Origin: Saccostrea cucullata
Lineage: Eukaryota
Assembly (NCBI RefSeq): GCF_032062105.1
Contig: NW_026940900.1
Span: forward strand, 62,001 to 123,078
Direction of reading: 5' to 3'
DNA length: 61,078 nucleotides
The notes under the pieces were generated by a model. The model saw nothing but the letters and a program-made list of their open reading frames with translations, made no database searches and was not told where the DNA came from. The translations under genes were made by a program, and so were the position numbers. Positions within the stretch are counted from its first letter, which is position 1. Each line of letters starts with the position of its first letter. Positions 1 to 11,679 of this stretch are shown piece by piece.

Positions 1-963
1 CTTGGCACAAAAGTAGAATACACTAAGATACATAATTCTGTGCATCGGTTTTTGATTTCGATGAATGGTGTTGCCGTGGTTACTAAAAATAGAAATTTCT
101 TTGAAATTCTTTCAAAATGCTACTCCTCCTACAGTTTTGGTCCAATTTCAATATTTCTTGGCACACAAGTAGACTACACTAAAATACATAATTCTGTGCA
201 TCGGTTTTTGATTTCGATGAACGGTGTTGCCGTGGTTACTAAAAATAGAAATTTCTGTGAAATTCTTTCAAAATGCTATCTTCCTACAGATTTGGTCCGA
301 TTTCAGTATAACTTGGCACACAAGTAGACTACACTAAGATACATAATTCTGTGCATCGGTTTTTGATTTCGGTAAACGGTGTTGCCGTGATTACTAAAAA
401 TAGAAATTTCTGTGAAATTCTTTCAAAATGCTACTCCTCCTACAGTTTTGGTCCAATTTCATTATAACTTGGCACAAAAGTAGACTACTAAGTTACATAA
501 TTCTGTGCATCGGTTTTTGATTTCGATAAACGGTGTTGCCATGGTTACTAAAAATAGAAATTTCTGTGAAATTCTTTCAAAATGCTACTCCTCCTACAGT
601 TTTGGTCTGATTTTGATATAACTTGGCATACAAGTAGACTACACTAAGATACATAATTCTGTGCATCGGTTTTTGATTTCAATGAACAATGTTGCCATGG
701 TTACTAAAAATAGAAATTTCTGTGAAATTCTTTCAAAATGCTACTCCTCCTACAGTTTTGGTCTGATTTCAGTATAACTTGGCACACAAGTAGACTATAC
801 TAAGATACATAATTCTGTGCATTGGTTTTTATTTTGATGAGTGGCAAGGACCATTTTTCTATTTATTGCTGATTTAAAGTCTCAAGTCCCAACTGCTACT
901 TTTCTCTTCCTTTGTTTTAAGTATAAACCAGTAGAGCTACAGTCTCGACAGAGACTTCTGGTT
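1..963 (+). repeat. ~156-bp tandem (satellite-like) array, ~5.4 copies, within the 3' part of a non-autonomous Helentron-like element
   Basis: Unit CTTGGCACA.AAGTAGA.TACACTAAGATACATAATTCTGTGCATCGG... restarts at 1, 157, 312, 468, 622 and 778. Terminal hairpin AGTCTC-GACA-GAGACT (941-956) is followed by TCTGGTT, resembling the hairpin+CTAGTT ends of other elements in this window. Confidence 0.85.
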
Positions 964-1027
964 CCTATTATATTATTTAATTCTTTCTGATATTATATAA
1001 GAAATTATTTGTTCCCTTAACTTTTAG

Positions 1028-1557
1028 CTTCTGTCAGATAGAGAAACCCAGAAATTTTTTGAAGAAATTGGAGAAGTAAAAACATTACAACAACTTCAAA
1101 AAGTAAGTCAGTGTTTATTGAACAATCATATTACAGCTTCTTGTAATGTTTAAGACAAGGACCTTTTCTCACATTAGATTTACTGAATTATTTGTGTGAC
1201 AAGCAAAAGTTGATAATTCATAGCTTATCTTTTTTGTAATTGACCTTTTATTCTCTGTTATTTGCTACATCAAGTATGAACGGGCTATTCAGTGGAACAT
1301 TATATTTTGTTTTACTTACTCAGGAAACCCAGAAGCATGGTCAGCTAGATAAATGGGCTAACTTTCGCGGGCCTCGGCCCGATGATGATAACTCCATGAA
1401 AACCTTCATGAAGATCAAAGAGGAGGGTGACAGAGAAGCCGCAGCCAAAAACAAACGATTGAGGAGCAGTGAAGATTACAAAAAACAACAGGAAGTTAAA
1501 AGAAAGTTTTACGAAACGATTCAACATCAGCAGGATATTGCAATGAAAAATAAGTGA
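1028..1557 (+). CDS. Last two coding exons (1028-1102, 1324-1557) of an unidentified gene that starts left of the window
   Basis: TTTTAG|LLSDRETQKFFEEIGEVKTLQQLQK|GTAAGT joins in phase 0 to CAG|ETQKHGQLDKWANFRGPRPDDDNSMK...AMKNK*. AATAAA lies near 1913. Family not recognised. Confidence 0.7.
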
Positions 1558-2953
1558 AGTTCTTTAAGTATGATTGATATATAGTATTTTTAAAGTGAAG
1601 GATTGTGTGGAACAAAGCTTTATTTACTTAGGCTGTGTTTCCATAATTGCATTTTTGAATGTGTGAAAGATAATTGAAAACGTAAGATGTATATATGTAA
1701 TATTTGATTAAAGTGAAAATGTTGAGTGCACTACAATCTTTCATTCATGTGAAATACCTTTACAGTATAATATTGTGAAATGATGTACAGTCAGTGAACA
1801 ATATTTTCTTTCAGCTTTCAATTGTTGACTTTTTTTTAGCACTGAAGTGTATATTGTATTTCCAATGGAAAAGATATTTTTTGTAGCACTTGTTTGTGTT
1901 AATGCAATCTGCAATAAAAGATTTCAAAATACTTTATAGGAATTTGTTATTCTCCTTTCTTTTTATTTCAAGGTCTTTTTAATGTCTGGTTATGAAAAAT
2001 AACTTTTTTTATGATATTTGAAACCCAGTTTAATATTCTTAAACGTGAATAAACCAAATGTTCCATTTAGCACAGTGATCCTAAATCTGTACACAATCTA
2101 TGATTAGGTCAAAGACTAGGGATGTGCAATTTTATATAGGTATATCGCGAAAGACACAGATACCAGTCTTTAGGTACATATTATAAAGTCCAGAAATTAT
2201 TCATTTATTTGTTCAATCTTTCTAATCACAATTACAGAAAGTGTTAAAAATGTAAAAAGTTAAAAGAACGGCATCTTACCGTCCAAACATAATTGATTTT
2301 AAATACATAAAAATTTCAAGGAAGTAAAATTTTGTTTTTCTAGCATATTTTTTAGAAAAAATTATGACTTTTCAAATAATATCATTGTAAAAACTGCTTT
2401 TAAAAATATCATGATATTATCGTGATATTGTGGGAAAAAATCTGATATATGTGAAAGCCCTATCAAAGACACAGATTTTAAATCAGAGGCTGATCAGGTG
2501 CTTTATTGAAGAAATAAGCCCCTTTCAAACAATCACATCTGTGTGAGCCCTATGTTTTAATCAGGTAAACAGAGTACAGTGTATTTCATAATCAATATAA
2601 TAAATGACCCAAACAACTGTCACCAAACATAGTAATACAATACAATGTTGTATTTGTAAACAAGGTCGTTATGTAGAATTTGAGATGTACTGACTTTATG
2701 AGATTGTTGAAATCCTTGTATCATTCAATTATTTGTCAGTAACCTGCCTCAGATTAAACTTGATGGTACTCGAAGCATGTTCTTGTATACTGAATCAGTT
2801 CCACTTTCAGGAGACAGAGGAATGTTATACTGCATGAATATAAAGTAGGATATCATTTGAATGTGAAAAAAAAAAATAAATTAACAACACTTCAAAATGT
2901 CAAAAAATTCTTTTATTTATTAAAAACTTAAATAAATTATTTTTAAATATTAA

Positions 2954-3394
2954 TCACGTGGTATACGGAATTTTAAATAAAGTAATTGTAACGTCATCAT
3001 CTCGTCTCTGAAATAACATTTCTCCAGGAAAAGTTAATAATTTTTGTTTTCGTGCACGCATCAACATCCCCACCAGTTTGTTTGATATCGTTGTGTATGC
3101 TTCGAATAGATTTCCAAAGGATATACTGAATGTTCCATCCGCGTTCTTTTGTCCAAGATCAGCGATCACGTGACATAGTTCCACGATTTCTCCGCTGATG
3201 AGTTCTCCGGCCTTTTGACCCCTATATTCTGTCATAGATCCCTCCACGGGGCGTCCGTAGTTAGGGTCATTTTTGTCCAGTTTCTGACGATGTGAGGCCC
3301 CCTCCCATTCAGAGAAGGGGTTTATTTTCTGTTTTTGTTCGTGTTCGTCAAAGAATTTCTGCCACTGGTTGACCCTCTTTGATATCCCTGCCAT
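2954..3394 (-). CDS. ABRA: Actin-binding Rho-activating protein-like (ABRA/STARS, Costars domain), 146 aa, single coding exon
   Basis: Motifs NPFS, YGRPVEGSMTEYRG, FGNLFEAYTTISNKLVGMLMRARK and FPGEMLFQRRDDDV match the ABRA C-terminal region. ACCATGG start at 3394, with a splice acceptor just upstream (~3408). Confidence 0.9.
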   Translation of the reverse strand: MAGISKRVNQWQKFFDEHEQKQKINPFSEWEGASHRQKLDKNDPNYGRPVEGSMTEYRGQKAGELISGEIVELCHVIADLGQKNADGTFSISFGNLFEAYTTISNKLVGMLMRARKQKLLTFPGEMLFQRRDDDVTITLFKIPYTT

Positions 3395-4005
3395 GGTAAC
3401 ATAGATTCTGTGGGTATAAATAATACAGCATAGTTTTACAAAAATAAATACATAATGAAATAAGGGGGTTGCAATCGCACTTAGCAACGATTAACCAACA
3501 TGGTCTTTTACAAAGAAGAGTGAAAAGAACTTGGCGTAATGGGTAGCCTTTAAGACCCTCTCCAACCACTTCCTTTTAAGGAAAAGTCCATGATTTTGAT
3601 GACCTTTATGACATATTTTCAAAAAAAAAAATCTGCAGCTTGACGACCCTCGTATAACTTGGAATACACGCTTGTAGTTACATGCTTTTTAATAGGTCTG
3701 CATTTTTTCTCTACATACATGTAGCAGACATTTACACCACTACTTCTGCTATCACATTGTGACAGATAATTTCGTATTATAGTTTGGTTAACGTTTATAT
3801 ATAGCTTGGCATGCAGTGCATATATAAAGCCTAGTTTACACGTTCTGCTTGAAAGCAACTGCAAAAAACAGACTGACATAATGGACAGACATGTCCAGAC
3901 TTTTTAGGCATTTCTAATTATGATAACCAAAATATTTTTATATATGTAGTAAAGTCTTAAGTTTACACGAACATCTCTACTTTTGCAGCTCTGCTTGAAA
4001 GCAAC

Positions 4006-4287
4006 TATCCCACCATTCTCCTATAGCCAAGGGTTTTCTCCTAGGGGATTTTTTCTCCCATGAATTTGTTCAAATGGGATAAATCCCGCGGATATTGACA
4101 TTAAACCCTTGTGAAACATGGAATATATCCCATTCATTATGACGATGACAAATTTCTCATCATAATATATTAAATATATTCCATGTTTCACAACGTATTG
4201 GAAAAAATAATTTATTGTCAAAGGGATTTATCCTATTTGAATGAGGAGGAGCTGACATTTTTTCTCCCATGGGAGAATGGTGGGATA
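4006..4287. mobile_element. Small MITE-like element
   Basis: Inverted termini TATCCCACCATTCTCC ... GGAGAATGGTGGGATA. Confidence 0.55.
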
Positions 4288-6249
4288 AACCCTTGGATTC
4301 TTTAGGACTTCATATCTTTAGAAGTGGAAAGATGTTCTTGAGTCCAAATAAAACCTGGAATACTTATACAAGTGATATAAAAACATTTTGGTAAACAGTT
4401 TTAGAGTTAAATGTTCATAAAGTACGTGTAAACTTTATGTAATATTTTATATGATTTAATTAAGTTTCATAAAGATGCCTTTTTAATTATAATTTCAGAG
4501 AAGCCTTTTAATGAATCAGTATTAATACAATGACACTTGTAACAATGTGAAATTAGTTTGAAATTATTTATTTCAAATTCTATATGAAAGAATAATGTTT
4601 CTGGTACCAGCGAGTAGCCATGATGGCAGTACAAACACTTTCTTGGAGCTCAACTACCGACATCTCCCAACGATCATTGTAAATCCTGATTATACTCATC
4701 ACTAAGGAAAGGGTCGATTTTTTTTGCAATTATAGTTTTGTCATAGTGTATAGGTTTATATTTCATTTCAACCTCCGATAGTGTGACCATGAGTAGCGCA
4801 AATATCTGCACGAATCTAGTTTATTTTTTATAGCAAGACTGTATGTCGAACACACGTTCATACAGTTGCTGTATGGTGTCTGTAATCATTCTGCTTGATT
4901 GTTGGAACAAGTCCAACTCATACTCCTCGATTCGACAATGCACACGTCTACAAACAGTTCCAAGGAAAATGGTACAGTAATAAACACAAACAAAATAGCT
5001 ATAGACATCAACGAAAGGCAATCGTCAAACGAAATAGGGTTCGAACACCCGCAGGTGGCAGGGAGGATGGAGATCAAGAGAGTACATGTATTAAAATTTG
5101 GATAATGTATGTGTTACTAAAATAGATGGATAACATTAATTTATTTTAAAAGTAAATCTTTATTGTAGAATTGGAGAAAAAAATAATTTGAAATTCTTTT
5201 TTGAAAAGAAGACGTCCGGTCAGTTTATAATGAGTCTATATATCTGCTTTCAGTTTCCAATGGGTACATATGTATATGTATATATACATATATGGCAAAT
5301 GCATTACATTCATAAGAAAAGGGTAGCGGTTTATAATGTTTCAGAAAGACACCAACCCAGAATCTATGCCCTTATCCCCACCCCAGCAGGAGGGATACCA
5401 TATAGTATACTGGCCAGCTAGGAATGTTTTTGATTACCCATCAAACTTAAATAAACATGCACTTTATCAGCGGCGCAAAAAAAGTTAAACTGTATTTTAA
5501 ACCAAGTAAAAATACGGACAGTTAACCACCAAAATAGTACATGTAATAAAGAATAGGGCATATGCATACCTTTGTGTCAGTATTCGAAGAATTCCAAGCC
5601 TAATTCCGCATGCATTCTGCCATATAGAATTTAATCTGCGTGGGAGGATTGTTTACGTAAGGTGGCCCAAGAGGGACATTTCTTAAAATACTAGTACTTT
5701 ACCTGTAAATTCAGAATTCATCTTGAATAGAAAAGGTCAAGAAAACCTGAATCGAAGAACATAATAAAAATAAGTGAATATATAACTATGAATAACAGAA
5801 TATTTTTAAAATTAATTATGTAATGCATGAATGGATATCGAGTAATTTTATACCATTCTTTACTGAGTAAAAATTAATGAAAGAGCAATATTTTCAAGTA
5901 GGAAATGTAAAATGCAACAAGCATGACCATCATGCAATATATATTTACGAAGTTATACTTTGAATTTTGGTAATATCGTCAACCAACCGAAGTTAAAAAT
6001 ATTTGGATATTGATAAATTAAATATTTTGTAACCAAATAATCCGAATTTTACATATTACATCCCTTTAAGTAGTCATATTTTATTATTGCACATCCAGAT
6101 AACACACTCTTATATCTTTCAACCTTATTCCCACTTTTATTGGAAGGTTAAGCACTTGCAATTGTTTAAAGAAAACAATTATAACACAAAATACTTCTCG
6201 TAATTCAGCTCATAACCCAATTTTACATGTCTATGAATATAAATTCCGC

Positions 6250-8670
6250 AGAGTATACATAATCTTTCACTCAATTCATTCTATACTAAAAAAAATGACA
6301 ATGATTTTCACATTTTGAATTACAAATTTATTTCTTTTCAATTATGGATGATTTATGAAATTTTATTAAAAGGATTTCAAAGTACTTATGTTTACCAACC
6401 ATCAATATTATATCGCAAATATATAATCAGTTACATGTAATACAAAAATGCAAGTTTGGTTTAATTTTGAAACGTGAGGGAAGTCGGGTCATTATCCATC
6501 ACGTCCAAATTCAGCCTTATAAAATCTATATTTTGAACATTTCTTTTGTGACCTGTTATAAAATTTTACAAAGACTTGCTTTTGTATATGTGTTCGGAAC
6601 GTTTTAATTCTCCTCAATTATCATCTATGAATATATCAATTCAAATGTTTGGAATGATAAACATTCGGAAATGTGGCTAGGAAAAACGTTTGTAAACAGA
6701 AACAATCTTCTCAGTTTTCACCATCGTGCTGATAATATATAGAAATGTTATCTCTCTTTTACATTCATTCAAACTTTAAAATCTATGATACAAAAATTAA
6801 ATTGACAATGATTTTTCATCATTTTGAATTACAAATTTATGACTCAGCTGAATTCTTTTATAACAAGATTGTATAAATTATATTTTTTAATGATTTCAAA
6901 ATGAAATTTTATTAAAAGGATTTCAATGTACTTGCAAACTTTTTTCTTACGTTTACCAAACCTATCGATTATTAAATGCTAGCAAATATATAATGCTTGA
7001 AATTTCAATTCACAATTTGCATCCAAATATCCATGCAAGTTTAGTTTTATTTTGAAACGTGAGGGAAGTAGACCGACGGGTCATTATCCATCACGTGAAA
7101 CAATTTAATGATAGACATTTATCTTTTCGTAGTAATCACCTGAGAAGAGGCAGAATGCACGAACACGTAAGTGTTCGAAAGGATTTCTTTTGTTGACCTG
7201 TTATATAATTCGTTAAAACCCCCAAAACAAAGACTTGCTTTTCGAAAGAAATGATTCATAAAGAGTTTTTTTTCCCCGTTGACTGCTACATCTGCTGTAT
7301 ATTGGAGGTCAACATGCAAAGATTTATATAGATTACATTTCATATAATTAAGCAATGAGATATAGAAAACAGTTTTTCTGACGAATATACGTTTATTAAA
7401 GCTTCTTTTAATTCATATTTTTAATATTTTATTTTCATATTGCAGCTTTCTGGTTGAGAAAATTCGAACAGACAAACCAGAGAGCTACATCCAAACATCG
7501 TAAAAACCTTTGATTTACGGCGACACTTTTCTTGGTCGCTCTTGATATATATATTATTGAAAAAATCAAGCAACGGAGAACGGAATACAAAAAATGTACG
7601 CGTGTTTCTGCCAGCATATACGATATATCTTGGGGTGTTTCGTTTTCACATGTTGCTTGTCCTTTTTATACACTCGTTGCCCTCACTTTACTTACGTACT
7701 ATGGCACTAATGGGCTTCGGTAACAAAACACCTAGTTAGCATAGTCATATCTCAGAATATTATTTATCCCAGTTTTAAAATAAAAATAATAAAATTTGTT
7801 TTTTTGGGCAATGGCGCATGCGCACGCCGTTTGACTTATTTCTTTGCCTATTTTAATTAAATTTTTTTATTTATCAATTTTATGAGCCCGGGAAATATAT
7901 TGTTAACATTTCACTTTTAAATTACTATATGGAATTTTAATTAATTTTGATTAACATTTATTTCTGAACATTATTTGTCAGTTTTCAAAAAGCTACTAGT
8001 AATTAAATGATAAGAAATATATTTATGACATAATATCTTATAACAACTAATGGATTGCAATTCAATGTTTATAAAACCATTAATTTTGAATAACTACTCC
8101 CACCCCAATCCCCATATACCAACATATAAACTTATATGTATAGAGCAGCCCGGTCCTCCGGGCTGCAATAAGGCTCTGACAGATGCACAGGAGAGACATT
8201 GAAGATAAGTCGAGCTTCAATAACTCATGAATTAATGGACAAAATCAAATGGGTTGTTATCCATCACGTAAACATTAACTTAATAATAGAAATAACAGCG
8301 ACAAAAAATGATCACCATTACGATAAAGATGTTGCTTGAAATTCCTCACTTTGTGTACTATGGCACTAATTACAAAGCTGAACATCATATCTCAGAATAT
8401 TATCTCCCTTAGTTTTAAAATAAAAATAATAAAATGGACAATATTCTTCCTATTTTAATTATTTATTTATTTATTTTATGACAAGATTGTTAACATTTCA
8501 CTTTTAAATTTTTTATGAATTTTAATTAAACAGTAACATTTACTGAACATTACCAGTTGAAAAACTATATAATTAAATCAGAAATTTTATGAAATTATCT
8601 TATAAGCATCCAAAAAAGCAAGTTTGGTTCAATTTTGAAACGTGGGGGGGGTTGTTAACCATCACGTAAG
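6250..8670. repeat. Degenerate local direct duplications (~6250-6590 vs ~6750-7245; ~7690-8100 vs ~8345-8610)
   Basis: Shared blocks such as TGACAATGATTTT...TTTTGAATTACAAATTTAT, TTTTGAAACGTGAGGGAAGT...GGGTCATTATCCATCACGT and GTACTATGGCACTAAT...CATATCTCAGAATATTAT...AGTTTTAAAATAAAAATAATAAAAT recur. Confidence 0.7.
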
Positions 8671-9411
8671 CCATAGAAGAAAACAGCAAACATACATGAA
8701 AGATGAAATTTCGTTATTCACAGCTGAACATCACTGAACAAGTAGGTTACCTTCCTTTTGAGAAAACAACAAAACTAAATCTTTTTAGTGTAATCAATAT
8801 AGTTGAAACAGTGATAGTGTACATGACAAACTGTGATATAGTTGATTGTGATTCTTTATTTTTCATTATAATTTTATTGATTATCATGTTCATGTATTAT
8901 TACATGTATCTTGACCTATTATACAAGGAGAGGGTGTACATAGGCCTTGCCTGTTGCCCAATCCTTATTGAATTATTCAATAAAATATGTTTAAAGTGAC
9001 AAACTGTGATATAATTCAGTTTAATAATATCTTATAAGCCCGTGGAAAGCAATTTCATTTGGGGGGGGGGGGGGGGGGGGCACAACCAATTTTCAGTTGG
9101 GGGCAAAAAAACTTGACAAGCAAATTACAAAAAAAGTTATCAGACATTATATTGGGGGGGGGGGTAGCTTTGTTTTCTATGGTGTTCTATAATATCTACA
9201 AAATTAGGCGGGGGGGCACAGTTCCTAAGGCCATGTTTTAAACCCCAGCCTGGTCCCCTGAAGTCAGACAATTATATGTAGTACTAAGGATGCCTTATAC
9301 TGAGCTATCCAAAACCTGTGTTTTAAAAATGTTGTTCATTTAAAATTATTTCAGAAGTTATACTCATGTCAAATTTTCAATACATTCTGTTCTCAGTTTG
9401 TGGTTTTGCGG

Positions 9412-9757
9412 CTAACTGCAGATCTGTAGCTTGCTGGTCTGAATAAAAATTGGATGGATTAGGATGATCAGAGACACAGATCTCTGGTCGTCCACCCTAA
9501 TTTCTTCAGACCAGTGAGCTACAGATCTGCAGCTAGAAGGAGTAGAGCACAGGGGCATCTTAGTATATTCACTTGTGTATTTATACATATATGTAGTAGA
9601 GAACAATTAGAATATAGTGTTTAAGATGCCCCTGTGTCAGTGAGTATAGTTTTACAGGTGTTCAGTGGTCACTTTGAGTGCTTTCAACTTGTAAAAATGT
9701 TTTTTTTTTTAAAACCATCTCCAAATAATATTCAAAGTACCCAGTGAATAAGCTGTA
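9412..9757. repeat. Three adjacent foldback (inverted-repeat) units: 9412-9536, 9548-9636, 9653-9757
   Basis: CTGCAGATCTGTAGCT..CTGGTCTGAA / TTCAGACCAG..AGCTACAGATCTGCAG; CACAGGGGCATCTTA / TAAGATGCCCCTGTG; imperfect TACAG..TTCA.TGG..ACTTTGA / TCAAAGT..CCAGTGAA..CTGTA. Confidence 0.75.
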
Positions 9758-9983
9758 ACAACATATATATAAAAAAGATTAACACTTTACTTTAAAAGGA
9801 ATTTTAGTAATATATGTACATGTACAATGCATTTAAATGAAATATAGTTTTTAATAAATACCAGTATTTGGATTAGAAATTCTACAAATACACAAGGACA
9901 ATGAACCAAACACATTATGTAAAATATATAAAAATTTATTTTCAAAAAAGTCAATATGAGATATAAATAATTTGACATCAGGG

Positions 9984-11072
9984 TTATGTGAGACTTTTTT
10001 GTTCTGTTCTACTGTCGAGCATCTTTTGGACTTTCCTACTACCATAAAGTACAGATTTCACTATTCCTGCGGTGAATATGCCTTTAATGCTCTGGCTTCT
10101 GCTGGAACTCTTCACAATATCTGCAATACTCTGTCTCACATAGTCCGCACAGTTACTGTCAAAAGCTAGCTGTCTAATGATTTCCTCTAAGTCAGGGTAT
10201 TTCCCTGGCCTTTTGTGCATACAAGATAAAAGATTTAACTGAACTGTTTTTGGAAGAAGGTTCAAGTGATGAAATTGGGACACATGATTGGGGTATTGTT
10301 CTAAGACACCTTGCTTCATATTCCATTTGACATGTTCCTCTTTTAATAAAATTTGTTCGTAAAGGTTCCTAAAGTAAGCCATATTTGGTTTGACAATATT
10401 AGAAATTTTGTTTTTGTCTTCACCAAATTTCATCCTGAAGTCACCATCGTACGAGAGGGCAGCAATCTGCTGATACAGTTCCTCCTCCGTGAAAGTTTCT
10501 GGAAGTAAAAGTAATGCTGCATGTATGGCATTCTCCAGATTAATTTGCATAGCCGAACACAGCTCCATCTTCTTGGGTGAAATAAGAATTTTGATTGGTT
10601 TATGCATTCTACCACTCACATACAAAGTGTTCCAATCCAATAGGTCAGTTATAAGTTGTTTAGTGCTTATAACTCCATATTTAATTTCTCTCCCCGCACA
10701 CTGAACTTTAGTATTGAAATAAACAGCAGCACCATACTTCTCTTGAATATTTGAAACTTGTTTTGCTCCCAAAAATTTTAGGAATGAATAGTGTTTCCCA
10801 TTTTGTTTCATATTTTTGTAATGCCAGCTGTATGAATCATCTACAACAAATATCAAATCAATCATATTTCCCTTAACTTGGGCATCACTTTGACCCTCCT
10901 GTTTAAATACTCCAGATCCATAAGCAAATGCCATTTGTATTCCTCCAGGAAACTGCTCCAAGATAGCTTCATACTGATCCAAATGCTTTGAGGGATTACT
11001 GTAGGTTGCATATCGTTTTACACAAAACACTGAACGACAAACTGAAAGTCGAGATAAAACAGACCACATCAT
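9984..11072 (-). CDS. TAMM41: Mitochondrial phosphatidate cytidylyltransferase (Tam41), 362 aa, intronless
   Basis: AFAYGSGVFKQ, MIDLIFVVDD, AAVYFNT, IKYGVIS, DLLDWNTLYVSGRMHKP, LSYDGDFRMKFGEDKNKISNIV and QSIKGIFTAG motifs. The Arg/Ser-rich, acid-free N-terminus resembles a mitochondrial presequence. Confidence 0.96.
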   Translation of the reverse strand: MMWSVLSRLSVCRSVFCVKRYATYSNPSKHLDQYEAILEQFPGGIQMAFAYGSGVFKQEGQSDAQVKGNMIDLIFVVDDSYSWHYKNMKQNGKHYSFLKFLGAKQVSNIQEKYGAAVYFNTKVQCAGREIKYGVISTKQLITDLLDWNTLYVSGRMHKPIKILISPKKMELCSAMQINLENAIHAALLLLPETFTEEELYQQIAALSYDGDFRMKFGEDKNKISNIVKPNMAYFRNLYEQILLKEEHVKWNMKQGVLEQYPNHVSQFHHLNLLPKTVQLNLLSCMHKRPGKYPDLEEIIRQLAFDSNCADYVRQSIADIVKSSSRSQSIKGIFTAGIVKSVLYGSRKVQKMLDSRTEQKSLT

Positions 11073-11308
11073 TTCTCTCGCTCAAACACACCAACACCGT
11101 CCACTTCTGAATTCTTCAGATTATCAAGTTGCTTTTTTCCCAACCTATATTGATACTCTATCCTCAATGTGTCTGTTCGAGGCAATTTTGCATTTTTGCG
11201 GAACTCAGTACGGATTATTTCTTTTAAACCTGGTTTATCTTTTGAGAGTTTTAAAAATTCCTTGTAGAGGCTTAAAATTTGAAGCTGAATTTGACTGTGT
11301 TTTGGCAT
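11069..11308 (-). CDS. SDHAF1: Succinate dehydrogenase assembly factor 1 (LYR-motif protein), 79 aa
   Basis: MPKHSQIQLQILSLYKEFLK...IRTEFRKNAKLPRTDTLRIEYQYRLGKKQL parallels vertebrate SDHAF1 (HSRLQRQVLSLYR...[30 protein letters not shown]). Acceptor TTTCCATTTCAG ends at 11331, 22 nt upstream of the ATG. Confidence 0.93.
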   Translation of the reverse strand: MPKHSQIQLQILSLYKEFLKLSKDKPGLKEIIRTEFRKNAKLPRTDTLRIEYQYRLGKKQLDNLKNSEVDGVGVFEREK

Positions 11309-11679
11309 GACAAGTTTTATCAACTTGAATCTGAAATGGAAAAAAGAATCATGTATTATTTGTATATCTTGTAAGAATATCTTGTTAATCAATTAATAAA
11401 TTGCACACATACTCAGTTTAGGCCTTGGTACATTAACAAATACTTAGATCAACCAGAGACTTATATATAGGCCTATCGGTCCCTGGATCAACTATAGTAC
11501 TATTTATTCAGGGCATGTGTCGAGGAAATTCTGACTTATCTATATATCACGTTAAAAATCTCATTATTTTTAGGTTAACGTATTGAAGACAATAAAAATA
11601 TCTAACATTGTTAATTTACTATTGAGGAGATGGTATTAATTTTATGTATATTAATTTAAACACAATGAACACGCCTACC

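Noticed and set aside
40-327. 95-aa ORF with an internal repeat
   Set aside because: Product of the 156-bp (multiple of 3) tandem repeat; no ATG start or protein features.
4560-5125. Overlapping short ORFs and a possible decayed Cys-rich secreted-protein gene on the - strand
   Set aside because: Several stops and frame changes, no recognisable domain or splice structure. Cannot be supported without a homology search.
9060-9220. Poly-G tracts as functional G-quadruplexes (also ~48827, ~52904, ~53661)
   Set aside because: Simple homopolymer runs that recur through the window, with no supporting context.
9984-11308. SDHAF1-TAMM41 fusion protein split by a sequencing frameshift
   Set aside because: SDHAF1 ends at a natural length and TAMM41 starts with its own Met and presequence-like peptide, with no long homopolymer at the junction. 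Read-level confirmation is still advisable.
11309-11392. N-terminal extension of SDHAF1 in the ORF track (and similarly 3395-3487 for ABRA)
   Set aside because: Non-ATG starts that run through splice acceptors into intron; homology begins at the internal Met.
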